In this document: positions 1 to 8,518 of the stretch, piece after piece | How positions within the stretch are numbered: position 1 is the first letter of the stretch | How the letters are laid out: the number at the start of each line of letters is the position of its first letter | Source of the DNA: Acaryochloris marina S15 | Lineage (GTDB): Bacteria; Cyanobacteriota; Cyanobacteriia; Thermosynechococcales; Thermosynechococcaceae | Assembly (NCBI RefSeq): GCF_018336915.1 | Contig: NZ_CP064923.1 | Coordinates: forward strand, 4,560,001-4,592,000 | Direction: 5' to 3' | DNA: 32,000 nt | The notes under the pieces: generated by a model | What the model was told of the DNA's origin: nothing | The model's input: only the letters and a program-made list of their open reading frames with translations | The model's database searches: none | Position numbers and translations under genes: made by a program

Positions 1-492
1 AGAATCTGCACCTGCTTCCACTAGGAATTCTAGAAGTTGATCTTCATCGACAGGCCCGAGGACTGAAATAACGCCCTGTTGATGAAACATCCAGCCGACA
101 CAGCCCGTCTCCCCCAAGTTACCGCCATACTTATTAAACGCTGCTCGCAAATCAGCCGCAGTCCGATTGCGATTATCAGTCATGGCTTCAATCAAGAGGG
201 CAACACCACCCATGCCATACCCTTCGTAGCGAATTTCTTCCCACTGGTCTCCTTCTGCATCGAGTTGTCCTGAGCCCTTGGCAATAGCCCGGTCAATATT
301 TTCATTTGGAATACCGGCTGCCTTGGCTTTATCAATGGCAGACCGCAACTGAAAATTACCGTTCGGGTCAGCAGAGCCATGGCGGGCTGCCACAATAATG
401 GCTCTAGAGAGACGGGCAAACACTTTTCCTTTCTTGGCATCCACCCTCGCTTTTTGCCGCTTAATGTTTGCCCATTTACTATGTCCTGCCAT
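1..492 (-). CDS. YebC/PmpR (TACO1) family DNA-binding transcriptional regulator, C-terminal part cut off by window edge
   Basis: Absent from the supplied ORF track because it has no stop inside the window. The reverse complement from ATG at 492..490 reads [73 protein letters not shown]...[34 protein letters not shown]. This is the canonical YebC N-terminus, and the frame stays open for all 164 codons to position 1. Confidence 0.9.
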   Translation of the reverse strand, partial: MAGHSKWANIKRQKARVDAKKGKVFARLSRAIIVAARHGSADPNGNFQLRSAIDKAKAAGIPNENIDRAIAKGSGQLDAEGDQWEEIRYEGYGMGGVALLIEAMTDNRNRTAADLRAAFNKYGGNLGETGCVGWMFHQQGVISVLGPVDEDQLLEFLVEAGADS

Positions 493-748
493 GCGTAGCC
501 CAAGCCGTCAATGATATGGAAGTATTTACGATTTTCATTATGGCACTGCCAGTCCCCTGAATAAGGCGACTGAATCCTGCATATTTATTCCTTTTGGAAC
601 AGATAACTTCATAGGATCAAAGTGAACAGGCTGGACATTTTTGCCAGCCTATTGAGCAGGATGTCGGTTGGATAACGTCACCAGCCGTCGAGCTTAAGGG
701 ATAATGGCAGGATGAGTAAATCCGATGGGTAACCTACAGGTACAGTTC

Positions 749-780
749 CCTCTTTTCCCTTATTAGGAAAGAGGTTTGTT
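749..780 (+). terminator. Terminator-like hairpin in the long leader upstream of wecG-like gene
   Basis: CCTC(T)TTTCC (749..758) pairs with GGAAAGAGG (766..774): 9 bp, one bulged T, 7-nt loop. It is followed by TTTGTT (775..780). No + strand gene lies upstream of it. Confidence 0.3.
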
Positions 781-854
781 ACTGCCATCGCTGTGTCCAC
801 CCAAGATTTAGTCATCACAAATGGCCACACCAGTAGGGAATACAACTGATATCC

Positions 855-1595
855 ATGCAGCTAACTTCTGAGCAACCCCAATCTTTGCCCATATTGGGAT
901 TAGCAGTCGATATTCTGCCCGACTATACCCAATGGTTGGCAGCTCAGATTGCTCAGAACGAGGGACGCCATGTCGTCACCTTAAATGCAGAAATGACCAT
1001 GCAGGCTCGGGAAAATCCTGAGTTAGCTCAGATTATCCAAGAGGCAGGTCTTGTAATCCCTGATGGGGCTGGGGTTGTCATGCATTTCCGCCTGCGTGGG
1101 CGCAAGATTGATCGTTGCCCTGGGATTGAAATGGCTGAGGCCCTTTTACAAGCTAGTGAACAGAACAATTGGTCCTTTTTCTTTTATGGCGGCGCGCCCG
1201 GTGTAACGGAGCAGGCAGCTCAAAAATGGCAGCAACAGCAGCCCACCATCAATATTGCAGGAACACAGAATGGTTACATTTCTGGCGAAGAACTAGACGA
1301 TTTTTGCCAGACGCTCAAGCAACTGCAACCTCAAGTTATTTTTGTAGGTTTGGGAGTTCCCAGACAAGAATTCTGGATAGCAGAGCATCGCCATTTATGT
1401 CCCCATGCCATTTGGGTGGGGGTTGGTGGCAGCTTTGATATCTGGGCAGAAACGAAAACCCGCGCACCGAAATGGCTCTGTGACAACAACCTGGAATGGG
1501 TCTATCGCCTATATCAGGAACCTTGGCGCTGGCGGCGAATGCTAGCGTTACCACAGTTTGCTTGGTGCTCTTTAATGGATACCCTAAGTAAATAG
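855..1595 (+). CDS. WecG/TagA/CpsF family glycosyltransferase
   Basis: 246-aa ORF with family-typical blocks: VVTLNAEMTMQA, LVIPDGAGVV, FFFYGGAPGV, IFVGLGVPRQEFWI. Its stop lies 2 nt before the ftsE start. Confidence 0.85.
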   Translation: MQLTSEQPQSLPILGLAVDILPDYTQWLAAQIAQNEGRHVVTLNAEMTMQARENPELAQIIQEAGLVIPDGAGVVMHFRLRGRKIDRCPGIEMAEALLQASEQNNWSFFFYGGAPGVTEQAAQKWQQQQPTINIAGTQNGYISGEELDDFCQTLKQLQPQVIFVGLGVPRQEFWIAEHRHLCPHAIWVGVGGSFDIWAETKTRAPKWLCDNNLEWVYRLYQEPWRWRRMLALPQFAWCSLMDTLSK

Positions 1596-1597
1596 CA

Positions 1598-2362
1598 ATG
1601 ACCCAAGCGACCTTTTCCACCTCTACCATGTCTTCGACTTTTAAGCGATTGAAAGCCCAAGTGGACACTCCGGCCAATGCCCATTACACCGTGCAGCTAA
1701 AAAACGTTTGCAAGGTATATGCCCAGACGCGGTTTAGTTTATTGGACATAAATTTAACTCTAAAGCAGGGAGATTTTCTGTTTGTAACTGGAGCCTCAGG
1801 TGCGGGCAAGACCACGCTCATGAAGCTTATTTATGGGGCTGAGCAAGCAGATCGCGGCGAAGTTAGAGTCGCTGGCACGAATGTTGGCTTACTGAAGGGG
1901 AATCGACTGTCCCACCTGCGTCGGAAGTTAGGGGTAGTGTTTCAAGACTATAAGTTGATCCCTCGCTGGACGGTGGCTGAGAATGTGGCATTTGTGTTGC
2001 GATCTCAAGGCGTTCCCAAAGCCGAAATAGACCGCCGCTTATATCCCACCTTAAAACTCGTAGGCCTGCAACAACGGGCCGACTGCTTCCCTAGTCAGCT
2101 ATCTGGGGGCGAACAGCAGCGGGCCAGTATTGCCCGAGCCATTGTTGGTTCTCCCAAATTGCTCTTGGCCGATGAGCCCACCGGTAATTTAGATCAAGAC
2201 AATGCCTTACAAGTCTTAGGGATTCTCAAAAAACTGAATAGCCTTGGCATTACAGTGGTAGTAACAACCCACGATATGGGACTGATTCAAGCGGTGAAAG
2301 CTCCCGTTGCTCAGCTCGATCAGGGGCGTTTACAGGTGGTACCCGCAGATCAGGTAATCTAA
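1598..2362 (+). CDS. ftsE: Cell division ABC ATPase FtsE
   Basis: Walker A GASGAGKTT, ABC signature LSGGEQQRASIARA, Walker B LLLADEPTGNLD. It is followed by ftsX with a 1-nt TAATG overlap. The roughly 30-aa N-terminal extension is uncertain; an in-frame GTG at 1691 is an alternative start. Confidence 0.85.
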   Translation: MTQATFSTSTMSSTFKRLKAQVDTPANAHYTVQLKNVCKVYAQTRFSLLDINLTLKQGDFLFVTGASGAGKTTLMKLIYGAEQADRGEVRVAGTNVGLLKGNRLSHLRRKLGVVFQDYKLIPRWTVAENVAFVLRSQGVPKAEIDRRLYPTLKLVGLQQRADCFPSQLSGGEQQRASIARAIVGSPKLLLADEPTGNLDQDNALQVLGILKKLNSLGITVVVTTHDMGLIQAVKAPVAQLDQGRLQVVPADQVI

Positions 2363-3297
2363 TGCGTTCTCATCCGTTCCAAGTTCCTGAACAACTCAAG
2401 GTGGTGGCAACAAAGCTCACCTATTTGTTGCAAGAAACCGGACGAGGACTCAAACGGGGCGGCTGGATGAATTGGGCTGCGATCAGTACCGTTACAGTCT
2501 TGCTGTTCCTACTCGGCATCAGCTTACAAACCTCTTGGCAGGTCAGTGGCTTACTCAATAATTTAGGATCTCGATTTGAAGTTGCGGTTTATCTGAAGCC
2601 AGAGGCAACTGGAGCACAACTCAAATCCTCCATTTCTCAATTTCCCGATGTCTCCAGTATTGAAGTCATTCCCAAAGATCAGGCTTGGAAAGAATTACTG
2701 GCTGATCTGGGCACCACAGATATCGCCGGGGCAACTGAAGGACTAGGAGAGAATCCCCTAGTCGATGCCCTCAAGGTACAGGCCAAATCTGCAATCGCTG
2801 TCCCTACATTGGCTAAAAAGATTGCTCGCCTACGGGGGGTGGAAACCGTTCAGTATTTGGATGAAGCCCTGAAAAACCTCACACAACTGAATCGGGGGTT
2901 TAGTCAAATCAGTTTAGGGGTCGTGGCTTTGCTGACTTTGACAGCAATCGCCGTCATCACCACGACGATTCGACTGATTGTGGTCGCTCGCAACCAAGAA
3001 ATTGAAGTCATGAAATTGGTAGGGGCAACCACCAGCTGGATCTATTTCCCTTTTGTGTTGCAGGGGATCACCTTTGGGTTAGTGGGCGCTGTCATTGCCT
3101 GGATATTTATTGTTGTCACCCGACAGCTGATGCGAACTGCCTTTGCACAGCAGCCTACTTTTTTACAAACCTTGGGAGAAGGGTTACAGCTTACCCCTTG
3201 GCAAGTCGTTGTGTTGCCACTCATTTTGTTAGGATTTGGCAGTGTTGTCGGGATTATCGGCAGTTTATTTGCAGTTCGCCGATTTGCCAGTAAGTAA
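2362..3297 (+). CDS. ftsX: Cell division permease-like protein FtsX
   Basis: 311 aa. One N-terminal TM helix, a roughly 120-aa extracytoplasmic domain, then three C-terminal TM helices. Translationally coupled to ftsE. Confidence 0.8.
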   Translation: MRSHPFQVPEQLKVVATKLTYLLQETGRGLKRGGWMNWAAISTVTVLLFLLGISLQTSWQVSGLLNNLGSRFEVAVYLKPEATGAQLKSSISQFPDVSSIEVIPKDQAWKELLADLGTTDIAGATEGLGENPLVDALKVQAKSAIAVPTLAKKIARLRGVETVQYLDEALKNLTQLNRGFSQISLGVVALLTLTAIAVITTTIRLIVVARNQEIEVMKLVGATTSWIYFPFVLQGITFGLVGAVIAWIFIVVTRQLMRTAFAQQPTFLQTLGEGLQLTPWQVVVLPLILLGFGSVVGIIGSLFAVRRFASK

Positions 3298-3301
3298 ACG
3301 C

Positions 3302-3634
3302 TTATCCACCAAAAAACCTCTGCCACCATCCTAGCTTTTGGGGAGGCCGCTGATGCTGAGCAAGTTCTTGGGTAAGACGCTGATTTGTTGCCCGTAGCTG
3401 AGCTATTTCAGCCGTCAAACTAACATTGCGCTGAAAAATTCTTTTTTGCTGTAACTCTAATTCGGTAATTTTTTGCTGAGCGAGTTCTAATTCTGGGTTA
3501 GGAGATGCTGGCTCAGACTGTGGCCATTGAGCATCTGACTTTTCAACTAAGCGTTGAGACGTTTCTAAAACCTCAGCATCAACTTCAGCAGAAGGTGTTT
3601 GCCAAGGATCATCACAATTATCAACAGATGGCAT
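3302..3634 (-). CDS. Hypothetical coiled-coil protein (110 aa)
   Basis: ATG-initiated ORF. It has a Q/E/L-rich heptad-like stretch (ELELAQQKITELELQQKRIFQRNVSLTAEIAQLRATNQRLTQELAQ) and a WWQRFFGG C-terminus. I recognise no family, and it could be non-coding. Confidence 0.45.
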   Translation of the reverse strand: MPSVDNCDDPWQTPSAEVDAEVLETSQRLVEKSDAQWPQSEPASPNPELELAQQKITELELQQKRIFQRNVSLTAEIAQLRATNQRLTQELAQHQRPPQKLGWWQRFFGG

Positions 3635-3790
3635 AGCTTAAGTGAATGAAAGCGAGAGAAACTATTGGCATTCTACACATATTTACAAAGATACAAATCC
3701 AAACAGAGAAATCAGTCTATAAGTTCAGAAAACAAGAGAAATCATCTAAATTCCCCAACGTACATATCAATATTGGTATTGTAGCTTGCC

Positions 3791-4528
3791 TTACAAATAG
3801 GACTTTTTACGAGCCCAGCGAGTACTTTGCCAAATTCGGAGACCAACGACAGCACCGATTAAAGCCCCTAATGACCATTTTATCGTCCGCTTCAACAATC
3901 CAGGCTGCTCATTTCGAGCTTGTTTAAGCGCCTCTTTAGCTTGACGGTCAATGGCAGCACGGGCGGGGGATAACAAGCTAGGAATTTGAGCCTTGATATC
4001 AGGGAGGGACTGATTAGCATTTAACGCTACAGAAGGACGATTATTGAGTGCCCGACTGAGAAGACCCTGAAATTCATCTACAGAATTAGTCTGATCTAGC
4101 TTTTTTTCTAACTGCTGAACCAAGGCCAAACGTTGCACCTTAAAGGTATTAATTTCTTCTACCTTTAAATTGTGTATCCGCATAGAATTTACAAAACACA
4201 AAGGAATCATGGCCACTAAAAGAAGCGTTAGAGCTAAGGTGAGCCAGGTTAAGGCTTTGAGAATGATTTTTTCGCCAGGACGACGATACTCTTGCTCTCC
4301 CCAAAACACCATAACAAAGCCAATGAGAGGGACAGGAATACGTTCTACAATGGCCCCAATACTGCGAAATTCCCAAACAGGATTCATCAAATTAATGGGG
4401 ATGAGAATCGCCCCCAAATCCAGCAGGGCTAATAGAAGTAAGCCATAGCCTAGCCAGCGAATCAAAGTGATGGAACGAGATTGAGTGGCATAGGCCCGCC
4501 AAAGGCGATCCAGTTTAGGTTGAGTCAT
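3791..4528 (-). CDS. Membrane protein, HpsJ-family-like (possibly exosortase-associated)
   Basis: 245 aa. Hydrophobic segments LGYGLLLLALLDLGAILIPI, VPLIGFVMVFW, LTWLTLALTLLLVAMIPLCF and a C-terminal SLGALIGAVVGL surround a coiled-coil-like middle. NPVWEFRSIGAIVERIPVPLIG resembles cyanobacterial HpsJ-family proteins as I remember them. It lies 36 nt downstream of the cyanoexosortase gene on the same strand. The family name is from memory only. Confidence 0.55.
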   Translation of the reverse strand: MTQPKLDRLWRAYATQSRSITLIRWLGYGLLLLALLDLGAILIPINLMNPVWEFRSIGAIVERIPVPLIGFVMVFWGEQEYRRPGEKIILKALTWLTLALTLLLVAMIPLCFVNSMRIHNLKVEEINTFKVQRLALVQQLEKKLDQTNSVDEFQGLLSRALNNRPSVALNANQSLPDIKAQIPSLLSPARAAIDRQAKEALKQARNEQPGLLKRTIKWSLGALIGAVVGLRIWQSTRWARKKSYL

Positions 4529-4564
4529 TGAGGTTGTGATCTGCTTCCGCCCAATCTTACGTCT

Positions 4565-5422
4565 TTAAAGCACTTCTTCAGGATTATCATCCTGAGCTTG
4601 GCGAACAATCCACCCACAAAACAGACCAAATAGTAAAACCGTCACCATAACAAAAACCAGGGCTCCATCATTACTGTGCCAATAGTCAAATAGAGCAGGG
4701 TCGTTTTTGGTCGAGAGAAGCGCCAGCAGGGCCACACGGATGCCATTAATGGCGAACCCCAGGGTAACCGCAACGATAGGAGCCACAATCTTCGCTGTAG
4801 TGGGTAGGGGAAACATCAGCAGAAAGATCACGGTAATGGCAAACATATAGGTCATTAAGTTCAAGCCTGAGCAAGAGGGAACCACCTTTACCGCTCCATC
4901 GGGCAGCTGGATTAAATCGTTGGTGAGTTGAACTGAAAAACCTGAGTACCAAAGTAAATAGGTCGAAAATTGAGCCGTGATGGGAGAAATATCGGGGATA
5001 AACTTCAGCAGTAGTTTCGGCAGACCGAGGCAAAAGAGGGTTAGTAATTCTGTTTGATATTGCCCCAAAGCCTGACAACCCGAGGCCAGAAGCATAATGC
5101 CGATGGCAGCGACAAAAGGGGCAAATGCCAGGTACCAGCCCGTCGGCGATCGCAAGCTTTGATAAAGGATTCCCCCCACAATGCAAGTGCCAAGCCCAAG
5201 GGACAGGATGTTGCTACCCAATTGCAGCTGTAATCGCCGATCCCAAAGACTGGACAAGGTCGCAAATAAAAACACTAGGCTCATGGCTAAGTGGGCTACT
5301 TTATCCGCTCTCAGATTGGCGGTGAAGTAAAGTGCCAGAAAGCAGCCCATCAAACCCAACAGGGCCATAACCGGGATTTTAATTTGATGACCTTTATAGA
5401 TAGAAATATCCCTACTCGACAT
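4565..5422 (-). CDS. Cyanoexosortase (exosortase/archaeosortase family, CrtA-like)
   Basis: 285-aa polytopic membrane ORF with the exosortase catalytic signature: Cys in VVPSCSGLNLM, Arg in AINGIRVALLAL, His in DYWHSNDGALVF. Confidence 0.8.
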   Translation of the reverse strand: MSSRDISIYKGHQIKIPVMALLGLMGCFLALYFTANLRADKVAHLAMSLVFLFATLSSLWDRRLQLQLGSNILSLGLGTCIVGGILYQSLRSPTGWYLAFAPFVAAIGIMLLASGCQALGQYQTELLTLFCLGLPKLLLKFIPDISPITAQFSTYLLWYSGFSVQLTNDLIQLPDGAVKVVPSCSGLNLMTYMFAITVIFLLMFPLPTTAKIVAPIVAVTLGFAINGIRVALLALLSTKNDPALFDYWHSNDGALVFVMVTVLLFGLFCGWIVRQAQDDNPEEVL

Positions 5423-5528
5423 GGGCTGATATCACTCTCTTTCACCAGCAGCTAAAGAATATTCTCTAGGGTAGCAACTGTGAGAAGAAGACGAAGGGCC
5501 CAAGCCTTAGCTTTCAGGTTGAGGGCCG

Positions 5529-6932
5529 TTATCCATAGCGATCAATCCACTGTTGCAACGCTTGGGTCAATCGTTGGCTGTCCTGGTTATTCAAGTTATG
5601 GGCCAGAGCCAAAGCTCGACTTTTGAAATTGACCATGACCGTTTCTTCTTCTCTCGCTAGAGGTACCGCATAGATATCAGCAATGTCTGTGTGGGGTTGA
5701 GACTGTTGCCAATAGGTCCACCCCAAAAGCTGATATTTGATGACTAATCGGTGACCAAAACTTTCGATTACGGTGCTCGTCAAGTTCTGCTTTAGCCAAT
5801 TGAGGCCTGTAAACCAAGGGACACTGCCTAGGCAGAGCAACAGCACCCCAATGCTAACGCCTCCTATATCTCCTGAAAAAAGGGCGTGGCGAGTATAGTT
5901 GAAGCCAATGGGCAACAGGGCCAGAACAACGATAGCTAAAGGTCCCAAAAGCGTCAAAAATGTCATCCCTGCAAGATCCTTCAATCTAGGTAAGGGTGAG
6001 GACCAAATGGGGTGGATCTGTACTTGTAAATGCTCGGGATCAGTATCAATTTGGAGCCGATGAGTGCTAGGTCCTTCAGCAGGAACCGGGACTATTTTTC
6101 GAGCACTCAGAGGGGTCAATGCCAATACTGCCGCTCTTGCTGACTTAAAACGATCGGCTAGGGCAGGAGCGGTCATCTTTTCCAGCCATGAAGCAAGGTG
6201 GTTTGTGAGAGTGAGGCGATGGCCGAAGGCCGGTCTGTGGCCATCGCGAAATTGTAATCGCATATCAGACTGAGCTAATTCGGCTGGAGCCAGTCCCGTT
6301 AATAGGTGAAGTAATGTCGCTCCCAAGCTATATAAGTCCGAGGCGGGGACGGCTTGGCCACCAAACTGCTCTATAGGGGTATAGCCATAGGTCCCCACAA
6401 CCGTAAATGAGCACCCCGCTTGGGGTAATTGATTTTGAACTGCCCCAAAGTCCACCAGAAAGACGGTTTGGCTTGGCGCTAGGATCAGATTACTAGGTTT
6501 GATATCTCGATGGAGGATGGGGGGATTCTGCTCATGCAGGTAGATGAAAATCTCTAAAATTTGAGTGGCTAAATCGTAAATATCTGACTCTGAAAACCTT
6601 TGCCCTTGGTCAATCAACGTTTGTAAGTTGTTTCCTAAAATATATTCTTCAATCAAGCCTAACCAAGGTTCGGGGGTTTGGATGTGAAACGAATCGATAT
6701 ATTGAGGGATTTGGGGATGATCCAACTGCTGGAGAACCTGAACTTCTCGTTCAAAAAGTTTCATTTCATCCCATGCCATCCCTCGCCCAAAGGCCAGGAA
6801 CTTGATAATGACTGACGTGGGTTTAGGAGTGGCCCGATGATCTGTCGCTAACCATGTTTGTCGAGTCGGTTGCGCCCTCAACTGCTGCCGCAGTTGATAT
6901 CTTTCCTGGATGACTTGCCCGGCCGTTAGCAT
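5529..6932 (-). CDS. Serine/threonine protein kinase with C-terminal membrane-embedded domain
   Basis: Hanks kinase motifs: VIIKFL (VAIK-like Lys), HRDIKPSNLIL, VDFGAV, GTYGYTPIEQ. About 190 further residues follow, containing 2-3 TM helices (MTFLTLLGPLAIVVLALLPIGF, IGGVSIGVLLLCLGSVPWF). Confidence 0.9.
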   Translation of the reverse strand: MLTAGQVIQERYQLRQQLRAQPTRQTWLATDHRATPKPTSVIIKFLAFGRGMAWDEMKLFEREVQVLQQLDHPQIPQYIDSFHIQTPEPWLGLIEEYILGNNLQTLIDQGQRFSESDIYDLATQILEIFIYLHEQNPPILHRDIKPSNLILAPSQTVFLVDFGAVQNQLPQAGCSFTVVGTYGYTPIEQFGGQAVPASDLYSLGATLLHLLTGLAPAELAQSDMRLQFRDGHRPAFGHRLTLTNHLASWLEKMTAPALADRFKSARAAVLALTPLSARKIVPVPAEGPSTHRLQIDTDPEHLQVQIHPIWSSPLPRLKDLAGMTFLTLLGPLAIVVLALLPIGFNYTRHALFSGDIGGVSIGVLLLCLGSVPWFTGLNWLKQNLTSTVIESFGHRLVIKYQLLGWTYWQQSQPHTDIADIYAVPLAREEETVMVNFKSRALALAHNLNNQDSQRLTQALQQWIDRYG

Positions 6933-7060
6933 AGTGGGTGAATTGCTTGGGTCTGACTAACATATCCCATCTCAATGATGATGGCTCAACAATGCAGACC
7001 TTAGACCTGCCTCAAAATCTTGTGGTTGAAGTAACTTGATAGGGTGAACAAAATTTTTCT

Positions 7061-7726
7061 ATGGCGACTTATTTAGTGACAGGTGCCAATCGCGGTATTG
7101 GCTTAGAGTATTGCCGACAACTTCAGCAGCAGGGTGAAACGGTGATTGCAGCTTGCCGCAACTCATCCCCTGAGTTAGAAGCCCTGGGCATTCAGGTAGA
7201 GACCCAAGTGGATATCACCTCAGACACCTCTGTGGCGGATCTCGTTCAACGCTTGGCAGGGCAGCTCCTGGATGGACTAATCAATAATGCTGGGATTATA
7301 AATCGAGTTACTTTAGAGGCACTCGATATTGAGAGTATTCGCCTCCAGTATGAAGTGAATGCCATTGGTCCCTTACGTCTGACCCATGCCCTATTGCCCA
7401 ACCTCCAATCGGGCTCCAAGGTGATTCTAATGACAAGCCGGATGGGCTCGATTGGTGACAATACCTCCGGTAGCTCCTATGGCTATCGCATGTCTAAAGT
7501 GGCCCTTTGTATGGCGGGGAAATCTCTATCCCATGATCTCAAGCCGAAAGGGATAGCCGTAGCAATTCTACATCCTGGCTTAGTTCAGACGCAGATGACC
7601 CGCTTTAATCCCCAAGGAATTCCCCCTGAACAGTCTGTAAAAGGATTATTGGCTCGAATCGATCAGTTGAACCTGGAAAACACGGGTACTTTCTGGCATG
7701 CCAATGGAGAGGTCTTGCCTTGGTAA
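7061..7726 (+). CDS. Short-chain dehydrogenase/reductase (SDR) family oxidoreductase
   Basis: TGANRGIGLEY (TGxxxGxG), NNAG, and the catalytic YRMSK (YxxxK). 221 aa. Confidence 0.85.
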   Translation: MATYLVTGANRGIGLEYCRQLQQQGETVIAACRNSSPELEALGIQVETQVDITSDTSVADLVQRLAGQLLDGLINNAGIINRVTLEALDIESIRLQYEVNAIGPLRLTHALLPNLQSGSKVILMTSRMGSIGDNTSGSSYGYRMSKVALCMAGKSLSHDLKPKGIAVAILHPGLVQTQMTRFNPQGIPPEQSVKGLLARIDQLNLENTGTFWHANGEVLPW

Positions 7727-7744
7727 AGGGGGGAGCTGAATGTT

Positions 7745-8278
7745 CTACTCCTCTTGTCGTCGCCAAAATTCAACATAAAACCTTGCATCTTTACTGGGTT
7801 GAACATCGTGTTGGACTTCGGGAAGGACGATCCCTTGGGTCTGAGGGTCTAAGGTTTCTTCAGTATGAAAGGGGTGGTGAATTCGGTAGATCAGTGTCCC
7901 TTTCACAACATGGATTAGGCCCCAAACCCCTCTTTTGGTCGCATGTTGCTGGCGTAATCCAGAGGGAATCGTTTCGGCAGTAAAGACTGGAGTTTGTTTG
8001 TAAGAAGCATAGCCATCAGGTATTGTTTTGCCATCGCACCATCCACAGTCCAATTCAGTCCCAATCCGAGACCTTCGACCAGCAGCCGTCATCACCCAAG
8101 GACAGGGAAAGAAAGGTGGATCATGACGGGTATGTTGGGCATGGCCACAATCTAGGTCTGCCACCCAATGGGATTCTTGATCTTGATGAAAGCCAACGAT
8201 TGTTCGCAGCAACTGTTCTTCCCTCGGTTCCAGACCACAATCAAACTGTAGATCAATCTGAAATTTGACTATCCCCAT
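7745..8278 (-). CDS. DUF3565 zinc-ribbon-like domain fused to DUF1971 (TehB-N-like) domain protein
   Basis: The N-terminal half, VGFHQDQESHWVADLDCGHAQHTRHDPPFFPCPWV...LDCGWCDG, matches my memory of DUF3565. The C-terminal half, TPVFTAETIPSGLRQQHATKRGVWGLIHVVKGTLIY, resembles DUF1971. Confidence 0.65.
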   Translation of the reverse strand: MGIVKFQIDLQFDCGLEPREEQLLRTIVGFHQDQESHWVADLDCGHAQHTRHDPPFFPCPWVMTAAGRRSRIGTELDCGWCDGKTIPDGYASYKQTPVFTAETIPSGLRQQHATKRGVWGLIHVVKGTLIYRIHHPFHTEETLDPQTQGIVLPEVQHDVQPSKDARFYVEFWRRQEE

Positions 8279-8419
8279 CCTGGAGAAGCCTCGTCAGGCA
8301 AAGTTCTCTAAGATCTTAGCCGCGTAAAAAACACGATTTGGGCTGATAAGACAAATAGAAGTGCAATTCTTTTATGCGGGGAATGTCGGCTATGGCGCTC
8401 ATTGATGACGTGAAACGAT

Positions 8420-8457
8420 TATGTGATGGTCAAAGACCGGCCTTTGACCATCACATA
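8420..8457. repeat. Perfect 16-bp inverted repeat (hairpin or operator) in the leader of the flavoprotein gene
   Basis: TATGTGATGGTCAAAG (8420..8435), loop ACCGGC, CTTTGACCATCACATA (8442..8457), with no mismatches. It ends 61 nt upstream of the TTG start at 8519. Confidence 0.9.
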
Positions 8458-8518
8458 TCTGTATTTATAGGGGTCTTACCCCGCGTATTGGTCAACCGAA
8501 ATCAGGAGGACTGGCAAC

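Noticed and set aside
79-503. Track ORFs 79..273(+) and 192..503(-)
   Set aside because: Both are out-of-frame shadows of the YebC-family CDS (1..492, minus strand). Their translations have no recognisable features.
3646-3927. 93-aa + strand ORF
   Set aside because: It starts in an AT-rich spacer and runs antisense into the 3' end of the HpsJ-like gene. The composition is Lys/Ile-rich and low-complexity, and there is no RBS.
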